Assembly (NCBI GenBank): GCA_041651415.1
Contig: JBAZJH010000004.1
Coordinates: forward strand, 1 to 62,266
Reading direction: 5' to 3'
DNA length: 62,266 bases
Source: Minisyncoccota bacterium
GTDB taxonomy: Bacteria > Patescibacteriota > Minisyncoccia > UBA6257 > XYB1-36-10
The notes under the pieces were generated by a model. The model ran no database searches, was not told the DNA's origin, and was given only the letters and a program-made list of their open reading frames with translations. Shown here one piece after another: positions 46,798 through 54,415 of the stretch (the stretch's first letter is position 1; each line of letters begins with the position of its first letter). Made by a program: the position numbers and the translations under genes.

Positions 46798-48158
46798 TAT
46801 TCCGGAGTGGCAAAAAGAGTTTTAATGGTTTTTATAATAATACTTAAATCTTTTCCGAGCGAGCGGTGCTTAATGTAAAAAAGGTCATATTCAAGTTTTT
46901 CATAAGCGTCTTCTATGGAAGAACCGTAGCGATAGTTGATTTGCGCCCAACCGGTGACGCCTGGTTTTAGAATATGCCTTGTTTCATAAAAAGGAATTAT
47001 TTCTTTTAAGTTTTTGACAAATTCCGGACGTTCCGGACGGGGGCCGACAAAGGAGATATCGCCTAAAAAAATGTTCCAAAGCTGAGGAAGCTCGTCCAGA
47101 TGAGTTTTTCGAAGAAAGCTGCCAATTCTGGTTTGGCGTGAATCTTTTTGCTTTGCCCATTCCGGTCCGTTTTTTTCGGCGTCTTTTTTCATAGAGCGGA
47201 ACTTGTAGAGAGTGAATTCTTTTTCGTTTCGGCCGACGCGAGTTTGAGAATAAAGAGCGGGGCCGGGGGAGAATATTTTAAGGAGAAGAAAGATAAAAAG
47301 AAAAAGCGGAGAGAGAAGAACGAGAAGAAAAAGGGAAAAAATAATTTCACCGAGGCGTTTTATCGAATCATAGGCTTTTCTTCTTTTTGCCAAATTATCC
47401 AAAAACCAAATGTCTTCAATTTCGGAGAGCGGAACTTTTTGAAAAATTTTTTCATAAAAATCGGAAGTGTTTTCCACATCAAGATTAAGATTCAATCTTT
47501 TATAGAGAGCAGAGATTTTGGAGAGATGTTTTTTAGAACTTTCCGGCAGAATGATGGCATCTATTTTATTTTCGGAAAGAATTTTTTCGATGGAATTTTC
47601 CGAGTTTTTCATTTCTTCGGCATTCAGCCATTCTTTAACGCGATAGCCGAGCTGGCGATTGTTTCTTAAAAAGTCGTAAATTTTTTGCGAGGTTTCGGAA
47701 GAACCGATAAGAAGAATATTCAGATAGGATTGATAATAAACAATGGAGTTAAAAATCCGGCGCCAAAGAGTTTCAAAAATAAACATAAAAAGGAGCAGGA
47801 GAAAAAGATTGGTTTTCGGCGAGATGCCGAAAAAAGGAATGAAATAGAAGAAAATGATGGAAATTATCGCCCAGACAACAAGGGAGAGAAAAAGGGTTTT
47901 AAAAAACTCGGCGTTGTTTTTGAGAATTTTTTGTTCGTAAAGATTGGAGATGTAAAGGATGCTGAGCCAGAGAGGAAGAAAAAAAGAAAAAGGAAGAAGA
48001 TGAATGGAAAATTCCTCGAAGATTTTTTCCGGATAACGAATGGAAATGACAAGAAGGAGGCTCGCAAAAAAAATAGCGATATCGCCGAGAAAAAGGATTA
48101 TTTTTTTGAAGCGCAAAGACATTTTTGTGATTTTATAATTTTTACGTAAAAGGGTCAA
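46797..48158 (-). CDS. Polyprenyl glycosylphosphotransferase (WbaP/WcaJ-like initiating transferase)
   Basis: Four N-terminal TM segments; Bac_transf motifs LYKFRSM, DELPQLWN, SFVGPRPE, KPGVTGWAQ, KLEYDLFYI. Start could be 48122. Confidence 0.9.
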   Translation of the reverse strand: MTLLRKNYKITKMSLRFKKIILFLGDIAIFFASLLLVISIRYPEKIFEEFSIHLLPFSFFLPLWLSILYISNLYEQKILKNNAEFFKTLFLSLVVWAIISIIFFYFIPFFGISPKTNLFLLLLFMFIFETLWRRIFNSIVYYQSYLNILLIGSSETSQKIYDFLRNNRQLGYRVKEWLNAEEMKNSENSIEKILSENKIDAIILPESSKKHLSKISALYKRLNLNLDVENTSDFYEKIFQKVPLSEIEDIWFLDNLAKRRKAYDSIKRLGEIIFSLFLLVLLSPLFLFIFLLLKIFSPGPALYSQTRVGRNEKEFTLYKFRSMKKDAEKNGPEWAKQKDSRQTRIGSFLRKTHLDELPQLWNIFLGDISFVGPRPERPEFVKNLKEIIPFYETRHILKPGVTGWAQINYRYGSSIEDAYEKLEYDLFYIKHRSLGKDLSIIIKTIKTLFATPE

Positions 48159-48218
48159 ATGTTAGTACAAAAAGAGGGGCAAATAGATTTCAGAGAAAAA
48201 ATTAACTATAATATCTTT

Positions 48219-48398
48219 ATGAAAAACAGAAATCTTTTTATCACGCTTATTATTTTAGGAATTTGGGTTTTTGTTTCGCCATGGGTGCTTGGGTTTTCAG
48301 GATTGGAGCTCGCTTTATGGAGCAATATTTTTTCAGGGACGATAGCGATAGTTTCAACTTTATGGATTTGGCTGAATGAGAACGAAGAAGAAAAATAA
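48219..48398 (+). CDS. SPW-repeat small membrane protein
   Basis: LGIWVFVSPWVLGF motif; TATAAT 6 nt before the ATG at 48219. Confidence 0.7.
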   Translation: MKNRNLFITLIILGIWVFVSPWVLGFSGLELALWSNIFSGTIAIVSTLWIWLNENEEEK

Positions 48399-48421
48399 AT
48401 TTATAAATAATAAATAAAAAA

Positions 48422-49336
48422 ATGAAATACGATTTAGCAATAATCGGGGGAGGGCCGGCGGGAACGGCGGCGGGAGTATACGCGGCGAGAAAAAATATGA
48501 AGACGGTTTTTATATCGGACGGATTCGGCGGGCAGTCGGTGGTTTCAGAGGAAATCCAAAATTGGATAGGGGAGGTGGCTATTTCCGGAACGGATTTGGC
48601 AAAAAAATTTGAGAAACATCTGCAAGCGCAAAAAGGTTTGGAAATAATTTCGGACCGAGCGGAAAAAATAGAGAAAGTCGGAGAAGGATTTTTAATAACA
48701 ACAAAAGAAGGAAAACAATTTGAGACGAGAGCGGTTTTTTTGGCGCTTGGGGCAAGAAGAAGAAAATTGGGAGTTTTAGGAGAAGAAAAATTTGCGGGGA
48801 GAGGAGTGGCTTATTGCGCGACTTGCGACGCGCCACTTTTCCGCGGAAAGGACGTGGCGGTAGTCGGCGGAGGAAACGCGGGGCTCGAATCGGTTTTAGA
48901 CCTTTTGCCTTACGCCAATAAAATTTATCTTTTGGAATTCGGCGATTTTTTGAAAGGAGACGCAATAACACAGGAGAAGGTGAAAGGAAACGAAAAAGTG
49001 GAAATAATATTGAAAGCGAAAGTCGAGGAAATTTTAGGAGAAAAAATGGTTGGCGGGTTGAAATACGAAGATTTAAATAATGGTGAAAAAAAAGAACTAA
49101 AAGTTCAGGGAGTGTTTGTGGAAATCGGGTCAACACCGAATTCCGATATGGTAAAGGATTTGGTTAATCTGAATGAGAGAAGGGAAATAATTGTGGATCA
49201 CAGGACGCAGATGTCGTCTTTCTCCGGGATTTGGGCGGCGGGAGACGTGTCGGATGTTCTATATAAGCAAAATAATATTTCGGCGGGGGATGCAGTGAAG
49301 GCGGTGTTGAATATTCAGGAGTGGTTAAATAAATAA
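48422..49336 (+). CDS. trxB: Thioredoxin-disulfide reductase family (TrxB/AhpF-like)
   Basis: GGGPAG, YCATCD (CxxC), VVGGGNAG, WAAGDV motifs. Confidence 0.85.
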   Translation: MKYDLAIIGGGPAGTAAGVYAARKNMKTVFISDGFGGQSVVSEEIQNWIGEVAISGTDLAKKFEKHLQAQKGLEIISDRAEKIEKVGEGFLITTKEGKQFETRAVFLALGARRRKLGVLGEEKFAGRGVAYCATCDAPLFRGKDVAVVGGGNAGLESVLDLLPYANKIYLLEFGDFLKGDAITQEKVKGNEKVEIILKAKVEEILGEKMVGGLKYEDLNNGEKKELKVQGVFVEIGSTPNSDMVKDLVNLNERREIIVDHRTQMSSFSGIWAAGDVSDVLYKQNNISAGDAVKAVLNIQEWLNK

Positions 49337-49478
49337 AAGAGTAGAAAGTTTTTTAGAAACGCGGTCCATTTGCTCCTGCGGCAAATGTCCGCTGGCTCTC
49401 GCTTCGGCATATCCGTTTAAAAAGCGGATAACCAAGCTGCCGAAGCTCCGAGATCTTCTAAAAAACTTTCTACTCTTT
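49336..49478. repeat. Perfect 23-bp inverted repeat enclosing a multibranch palindromic core
   Basis: AAAGAGTAGAAAGTTTTTTAGAA (49336-49358) pairs with 49456-49478; inner stems CATTTGC/GCAAATG, GCTTCGGCA/TGCCGAAGC, TATCCG/CGGATA. Confidence 0.85.
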
Positions 49479-49518
49479 GTCTGTAATTTCCCGAATATTT
49501 TTTAGGAAAAGTTATAAC

Positions 49519-49676
49519 AAGGAGGTTGTCTGCGACAACTTTTAAAGGAAAAGTTTCTGATTTTTAAAGTTAATCTTTTGCGAATATATTCAAAAAACCG
49601 GAAAATTATTTAATAATAATTCTGAATATTCTTGGGAAAAAGAGTGAGAATAAGGAGGTTGTCTGCGACAACTTTT
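49519..49676. repeat. Two identical 25-bp direct repeats containing a GTTGTC-TGC-GACAAC hairpin, 133 bp apart
   Basis: AAGGAGGTTGTCTGCGACAACTTTT at 49519-49543 and 49652-49676. Confidence 0.85.
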
Positions 49677-49846
49677 TTTAAAGAAGAGCGCTTGGTTTTT
49701 TAATAAAGAGTTTCTGGTTTTCAAAATTATTTTTTGAGATTTCTAAATGCATTCAGGAAGGGGAGTAGACTTGACGATAAGTTTTTTCTATGCTATTTTT
49801 TTTGGTAGTAATATAAAATCTTTAGAAATTTAGAGAGGAGAGGAAA

Positions 49847-50206
49847 ATGTCTTACAGACAATATGCTCTTTTATCAAGTTGGTCTTTTGATCATTTTCAT
49901 ACTGAAATAGGAACTCTTTCATTTGAGGATTGTGATAATGTTGATTTTATGGTATTACTTTTGACAGACGAAGAATGTAATGAAGGACAAAAGTCAATAA
50001 AGGAGACTCTAAACAACTTTTTGAAGGGATTGTTTGAGGCTCAAGGCGTATCAATAATGGATGGAGATATGCTTTGTCTTTGTGAGGTTTTAAACAGGCG
50101 AGATGTGACAAATTTTAATGATTGGAAAAATGGAAAAGAGATAAATCTTCAACTATCTCTCAAACCAATATTAAAGTTTGATAAAGGACAACCTGTTGCT
50201 ATATAA
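49847..50206 (+). CDS. Hypothetical protein (119 aa)
   Basis: AGAGGAG SD, ATG start and own terminator; no recognisable motif. Confidence 0.65.
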   Translation: MSYRQYALLSSWSFDHFHTEIGTLSFEDCDNVDFMVLLLTDEECNEGQKSIKETLNNFLKGLFEAQGVSIMDGDMLCLCEVLNRRDVTNFNDWKNGKEINLQLSLKPILKFDKGQPVAI

Positions 50207-50225
50207 ATTAGACTTTGAATATTTT

Positions 50226-50255
50226 AAAGGTCTGGAAGAAATTCCAGGCTTTTTT
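50226..50255 (+). terminator. Intrinsic terminator
   Basis: AAAGGTCTGGAA-GAAA-TTCCAGGCTTTTTT. Confidence 0.65.
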
Positions 50256-50380
50256 ATTTCGGACTAGTTTAGAGTTTTAAACCTATTTAATAGGAGGAGA
50301 AGTGGTGATAAAGCAGTTCCGACGTTTGCTAGTTAGCGGAGTCGGAGTTTTCTATATAAAAAGAGCTAAAAAACAAGGGG

Positions 50381-50408
50381 TTGATTTTTTTATATAATAT
50401 GTTATACT
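50381..50408 (+). promoter_or_regulatory. Sigma70-type promoter with extended -10
   Basis: TTGATT-16 nt-TATACT with TG at -15/-14. Confidence 0.5.
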
Positions 50409-50480
50409 ATGAAAAGCAATTTTTGAGAAAAATAAAAAAGAAACCCCGACGTAAAAGTCGAGGCAAAAAGGAGAAAAAGG

Positions 50481-50690
50481 ATGATGACTTTCGCGATTAT
50501 TTATTTTTTCTTCGGGTTTTCCGCTTATTTTATTTTACGGTATATAAGCGGTGAGCGGTGCTTCGGGTTTCTGTCGTTCTTTACGGCAATCGGATGGGGA
50601 GTTTTGTGGCCTCTTCCGTGCGTTGCCTTTCTGGTGTTTCCTTCCGGAGATTTTAATGAGGAGATGGAAACAGAATTGGAAGAAGTGTAG
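50481..50690 (+). CDS. Small membrane protein (69 aa)
   Basis: AAGGAG SD, two hydrophobic segments with a WP motif, acidic tail, own terminator. Confidence 0.6.
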   Translation: MMTFAIIYFFFGFSAYFILRYISGERCFGFLSFFTAIGWGVLWPLPCVAFLVFPSGDFNEEMETELEEV

Positions 50691-50703
50691 AAATCGTACT
50701 TTT

Positions 50704-50740
50704 AAGGCCTGGAATTTTTTCCGGGCCTTTATTTTTTTTA
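50704..50740 (+). terminator. Intrinsic terminator
   Basis: AAGGCCTGGAA...TTCCGGGCCTT followed by a T run. Confidence 0.65.
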
Positions 50741-50852
50741 ATATATTTACATATTTTTGCTTTGTGTTATATTTTAAATAGCATAAGTCTGCCTCTGCTG
50801 ATTTTGGAAGAATTCAAGGATTTAGAAAGATTAGAGGAAGGAGATTTAGATT

Positions 50853-51053
50853 ATGAATTTAACCGTGTTGGCGCATCAAAGTTTTGGCGGATTGGGCTGT
50901 CCTCAGATTTTAAGAAGTGAGGAAGGAAGGATATTTGTTGTTGGAAAGGTACTTAATGAAGAGGAAAAGGGAGAAATTGCTAATGTAGGAGAAGGAGAGG
51001 ATGTAGTAGAAATTTCTTCTTCACTTCTAAGAGAAATAGAGGGGAAAGTATAA
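50853..51053 (+). CDS. Hypothetical protein (66 aa) with GCP motif
   Basis: GAGGAAGGAG SD, ATG start, own terminator. Confidence 0.6.
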   Translation: MNLTVLAHQSFGGLGCPQILRSEEGRIFVVGKVLNEEEKGEIANVGEGEDVVEISSSLLREIEGKV

Positions 51054-51078
51054 TTTTTCTAAGACAAGACAATAGTTT

Positions 51079-51107
51079 ATCTCGGAAGTAATTCCGGGAT
51101 TTTTTTT
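51079..51107 (+). terminator. Intrinsic terminator
   Basis: ATCTCGGAA-GTA-ATTCCGGGAT stem followed by a T run. Confidence 0.6.
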
Positions 51108-51134
51108 GGAAAGAAAGCGGATTATAATCTTTTT

Positions 51135-52490
51135 ATGAATGGAGGAGTTTTGGCAATTTTAGGAGCGATAATATTTATGGGCGGATTTTTGACGGGAAAT
51201 TCCGGAGTGGTGGGAAATGGATTATGGGCGGATTTGCATCGGACTTTTTCGGGGGAAAAGATATTGGCGGAAGTGGCGATTTCGGAGAATAAAGTTTCCG
51301 GCGGGGAGGAAAAAGAAGTTTTGGAAGAGACGGGAGCGATGGCGAGCGAAGAAAATTATCTTGAAACAAAAAAAGCGGAAACAAGCGAAGCGAATTTTCC
51401 GCAGCAGGTAATTTTAAACATAAACATGGCGGGAGCGACGGTGCAACTTAAAACCGATAAAGTGGAAATAAGCGGAGAAAATTTAGAATGGAGAAATGGA
51501 GCGGTTTTAGAACAAGATTTAGTGAAACAAGCGGAGAGTGGGGGAAAGTGCGCGATAAACGATTACAAAGTTCCGGACAGAAGAGGGGTTTATTTTTCGG
51601 AAGCGGCGTGGATGGGAACGGGAATTTCCACAAGCGATGAGTGGATAGAATTGAAAAACACAACGCAGAGCGAGGTTGATTTAAGCGGATGGGAGTTAAG
51701 GAATAAAGACGGAAATTTAAATATTGTTTTTCCGGAAGGAAAAAAGATGAAAGCGAGAGAAATTATGGTTTTAGAAAGAGGAGATGATGAAACGATTCAA
51801 GGAGTGGCGGCGGGAATAATTTATAAAGGAGCTTTAGGAAACGAGGATGAAGGAATTTATCTTTTTGACGCGAGCTGCAATTTAGTGGACAAGGCAGAGG
51901 CGGATAAAGATTGGCCGGCGGGAAATGCCAAAGAGAAAAAGACGATGGAAAGGGATTGGATAACTTTAGAATGGAAAGATTCTTTAATAGCCGGCGGAAC
52001 GCCGGGAGGCGATAATGGAGTGGTGGTGGCGAGCGAAAAGTTAAGTTTGCGAGCTGGCGGAGAAAACGGAGAAGGAGAAGAAGTTTCAAGTCAGACGGAA
52101 GTTGTGGCGGAAGGGGAAATTTGTATAAGCGAGGCGAGAGCGGGAAGTGATGGAAACGCGGACGATGAATATATAAAAGCAGTAAATTTAGGAGAGGGAG
52201 AAATAAATTTGGAAGGGTGGACGATAAAGAAAAAATCATCAACGGGAGCGGAAACGACTCTTGTTTCCGAGAGTTTACTTTCGGGAAAAAAGATAACAGG
52301 AAAAGGACAGATGATTCTCGGGCATAGCGAGGGATATGGCGGGGCGGCAGATATTTTATGGCCGAAGTCGTATAGTTTGGCTTACGAAAAAAACGGGGTT
52401 ATCTTTTATGACAAAGCAGGAAAAAAGATTGATGAGATAAATTGGGAAAAACTGGAAAAAGGAGAGATTTTAAAAAAAGAGTGCAAATAA
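51135..52490 (+). CDS. Secreted/anchored protein with two lamin tail domains
   Basis: N-terminal hydrophobic anchor; FSEAAW...DEWIELKN...VDLSGWEL and ISEARAG...DEYIKAVN...INLEGWTI. Confidence 0.75.
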   Translation: MNGGVLAILGAIIFMGGFLTGNSGVVGNGLWADLHRTFSGEKILAEVAISENKVSGGEEKEVLEETGAMASEENYLETKKAETSEANFPQQVILNINMAGATVQLKTDKVEISGENLEWRNGAVLEQDLVKQAESGGKCAINDYKVPDRRGVYFSEAAWMGTGISTSDEWIELKNTTQSEVDLSGWELRNKDGNLNIVFPEGKKMKAREIMVLERGDDETIQGVAAGIIYKGALGNEDEGIYLFDASCNLVDKAEADKDWPAGNAKEKKTMERDWITLEWKDSLIAGGTPGGDNGVVVASEKLSLRAGGENGEGEEVSSQTEVVAEGEICISEARAGSDGNADDEYIKAVNLGEGEINLEGWTIKKKSSTGAETTLVSESLLSGKKITGKGQMILGHSEGYGGAADILWPKSYSLAYEKNGVIFYDKAGKKIDEINWEKLEKGEILKKECK

Positions 52491-53086
52491 AAAATAAAAA
52501 TAGAATAGCGGTGGTATTAAATGATTTTAGAAGCGTTTATAATACGGCGGCGTGTTTTCGGACGGCGGATGGGGCGGGAGTGAAAAAAATTTATTTAACA
52601 GGAACGACGCCGGCGCCTTTTGACCGATTCGGAAGAGAAAGAAAAGATTTTACAAAAGTTTCTTTAGGAGCGGAAAAGAGCGTAGAATATGAGAAAGGAA
52701 AAGATGTTTTTGAATTGATTGATAAATTGAAAAAAGAAGGATTTTTAGTGGCGGCAGTGGAGCAGAACAAAAAATCAGAGGATTTATTTGAGTTTGCGAA
52801 AAAATATAAGGAACTGGATTCCCGCCATGCCTTCCGGCAGGCAGGCCTTCGCCCGCCTTTTGGCGAGACAAGCGGGAATAACAGAAAGGATGGTCTTTCT
52901 GATTTGAGTCGTAGAAATGACAGAGATAAAATTGCTTTGATTTTTGGAAATGAAGTGGAAGGCGTTTCTAAAGAGATTTTGAAAAAGTGCGATAAGATTT
53001 TAGAAATTCCGATGTTGGGGAAGAAAGAATCGCTGAATGTGTCGGTGGCGTTTGGGGTGGCAGTTTATATGTTGAGTAATTTGTAA
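52481..53086 (+). CDS. SpoU/TrmH family RNA 2'-O-methyltransferase with an in-frame palindromic insertion
   Basis: LNDFRSVYNTAACFRTADG, KVSLGAE, LIFGNEVEG, EIPMLGKKESLNVSVA motifs. GTG at 52481 preferred. Confidence 0.85.
   Translation: MQIKNKNRIAVVLNDFRSVYNTAACFRTADGAGVKKIYLTGTTPAPFDRFGRERKDFTKVSLGAEKSVEYEKGKDVFELIDKLKKEGFLVAAVEQNKKSEDLFEFAKKYKELDSRHAFRQAGLRPPFGETSGNNRKDGLSDLSRRNDRDKIALIFGNEVEGVSKEILKKCDKILEIPMLGKKESLNVSVAFGVAVYMLSNL
52814..52882. repeat. REP-like palindrome CTGGATTCCCGCC...GCGGGAATAAC with two nested insertions, inside the SpoU CDS
   Basis: TTCCCGC/GCGGGAA arms enclose CATGCCTTCCGGCAGGCAGG and CCCGCCTTTTGGCGAGACAA. Confidence 0.75.
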
Positions 53087-53111
53087 GTCGGGAAATTATT
53101 AGAAGTTTGCG

Positions 53112-53157
53112 AATTACTAATTTCTAATTACTAATGATTAATTAATGACTAATGAAA
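53112..53157. repeat. 7-nt periodic tract (AATTACT/AATTTCT/AATGACT)
   Basis: Six heptamers with one 4-nt slip, intergenic. Confidence 0.75.
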
Positions 53158-53195
53158 GAATAACTAAAAATGAGTTTAACGAGTAATTAAAGAAA

Positions 53196-53252
53196 CTGGA
53201 TTTCTGCCTGTGTTTTTCTCGGCAAGATTTAGGCGAGACAGGCGGAAATGAC
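53196..53252. repeat. Degenerate REP-like palindrome CTGGATTTCTGCCT...GGCGAGACAGGCGGAAATGAC
   Basis: Same outer arms and GGCGAGACA core as the 52814 copy. Confidence 0.65.
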
Positions 53253-53263
53253 GTGAAAGAAAG

Positions 53264-53806
53264 ATGAAAAAAATGGCAATAACAATTTTAGCGGCGGTGC
53301 TTTTAGCGGGAGCGGGAATAATGATTCTCGGCTTTGTTTTGGCGCAAAAAGAAGAATACAGGAAAGCCGAAGTTATATTTAAAACGGAAAAAGGAGAAGC
53401 GAAATTTTTGGCGGAAGTGGCGGATAATACTTTTAAAAGAACGAGAGGATTATCAGGAAAGGAAAATTTAGGAGAAAAAGAAGGAATGCTTTTTGTTTAT
53501 AGCATAGCGGGAAAACCTGGTTTTTGGATGAAAGATATGAATTTTGCGATAGATATTGTTTGGATAAAAGGAGAAGAGGTGGTGGGAGTGACAAAAGAGG
53601 TGAAACCAGAGAGTTATAAAGAAGGAAAAGTTTTTTATCCACCAACTAAGAAAGTTGGCGAGACAGGTCCGCCAGTATCAGAAAAAGTTGGCGAGACAGG
53701 TCTGTCGGAAGCAGTTGATAAGATTTTAGAAATAAAAGCTGGAGAAGCGGAAAAGAATAATATAAAGGAAGGAGATAAAGTAGAAGTTGTTTTTGGCAAC
53801 TTCTAA
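53264..53806 (+). CDS. DUF192 family protein with an in-frame 21-codon palindromic insertion
   Basis: AEVAD..FKRTRGLS, GMLFVY, FWMKDMNFAIDIVWI, ILEIKAG motifs. Confidence 0.85.
   Translation: MKKMAITILAAVLLAGAGIMILGFVLAQKEEYRKAEVIFKTEKGEAKFLAEVADNTFKRTRGLSGKENLGEKEGMLFVYSIAGKPGFWMKDMNFAIDIVWIKGEEVVGVTKEVKPESYKEGKVFYPPTKKVGETGPPVSEKVGETGLSEAVDKILEIKAGEAEKNNIKEGDKVEVVFGNF
53638..53700. repeat. Tandem pair of TCC(A/G)CCA...TGGCGAGACAGG elements (30 + 33 bp) inside DUF192
   Basis: AAAGTTGGCGAGACAGGTC occurs at 53651 and 53684; removing 53638-53700 restores VFYLSEAVDKILEI. Confidence 0.8.
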
Positions 53807-53932
53807 TTGCCGACAAATCTTCGAAAAAAGGGCTAATCGCCAACCTACCTAACGGCAGGCAGGAATTTTTTCAGAATTGTCGGCAGTTTTTAAATAATTT
53901 CTTTGTGGGAAGATAAAGTGGTAATAAGATGA
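53805..53932 (+). ncRNA. Structured repeat unit 4 (with CCTACCTAACGGCAGGCAGG inserted in the loop)
   Basis: 12-bp stem 53805-53816/53877-53888, A-A mismatch, TCT/AGA helix, TC/TC internal loop, GGGCTAATCGCCA at 53830, GGGA..GTGGTAA at 53907-53924. Confidence 0.55.
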
Positions 53933-54010
53933 AAATAAAAAGTAATTTATAAAAAAAGACCAGGAAGAGTCTTGAGGGGGGAATAAAAATGCAAAATTAC
54001 TAATAACAAA

Positions 54011-54030
54011 AAAGCCCGATTAAGGGCTTT
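54011..54030 (-). terminator. Intrinsic terminator of the 54046-54291 gene
   Basis: AAAGCCC/GGGCTTT stem with a minus-strand T run. Confidence 0.55.
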
Positions 54031-54045
54031 AAAAGTATTTGAAGA

Positions 54046-54291
54046 TTAATCAGCTATTTTCAGTTTTATCACTTCTGTATTTGGGGGAAAATGAACAGAA
54101 GAAGTGCAGTGTCCATCATATGGCACAAATTTGCATTTGCCACAACAAAATATTGCATAACGAGCTTCTTCTTTACTTTTTATAAAAAGAAAAGAAAAAA
54201 ATAGTGTACTTGATAAAGATTGAGTTTCGCTTGAAGTGATTGCTGTTGTAAAAATGTCACCTTCTTGCAACTTTTCAAATGTAGTGATCAA
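54046..54291 (-). CDS. Hypothetical Cys-containing protein (81 aa)
   Basis: TTG start with AGGAG SD, consensus promoter upstream and terminator downstream. Confidence 0.55.
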   Translation of the reverse strand: MITTFEKLQEGDIFTTAITSSETQSLSSTLFFSFLFIKSKEEARYAIFCCGKCKFVPYDGHCTSSVHFPPNTEVIKLKIAD

Positions 54292-54330
54292 TTTCTCTTC
54301 TCCTTTTATTTGATTTTTGATGCTTAAAAT

Positions 54331-54358
54331 ATTATATTCTTTTTTGTTGATTTGTCAA
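54331..54358 (-). promoter_or_regulatory. Consensus sigma70 promoter
   Basis: Minus strand TTGACA-16 nt-TATAAT; a divergent TGATATAAT extended -10 at 54381-54389 faces gap. Confidence 0.65.
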
Positions 54359-54415
54359 TGTTAAAAGTTTTTTTGAAAAGTGATATAATGTAGAAATTAA
54401 AAGTAAAAAAGGAAA

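Noticed and set aside
44862-49676. CRISPR array interpretation of the 133-140 bp periodic repeats
   Set aside because: Only 2-3 units, conserved parts are short and split, the intervening DNA is self-complementary rather than spacer-like, and there are no cas genes.
49847-51107. Integron cassette array
   Set aside because: No RYYYAAC/GTTRRRY attC boxes found by eye and no integrase; each gene has its own terminator.
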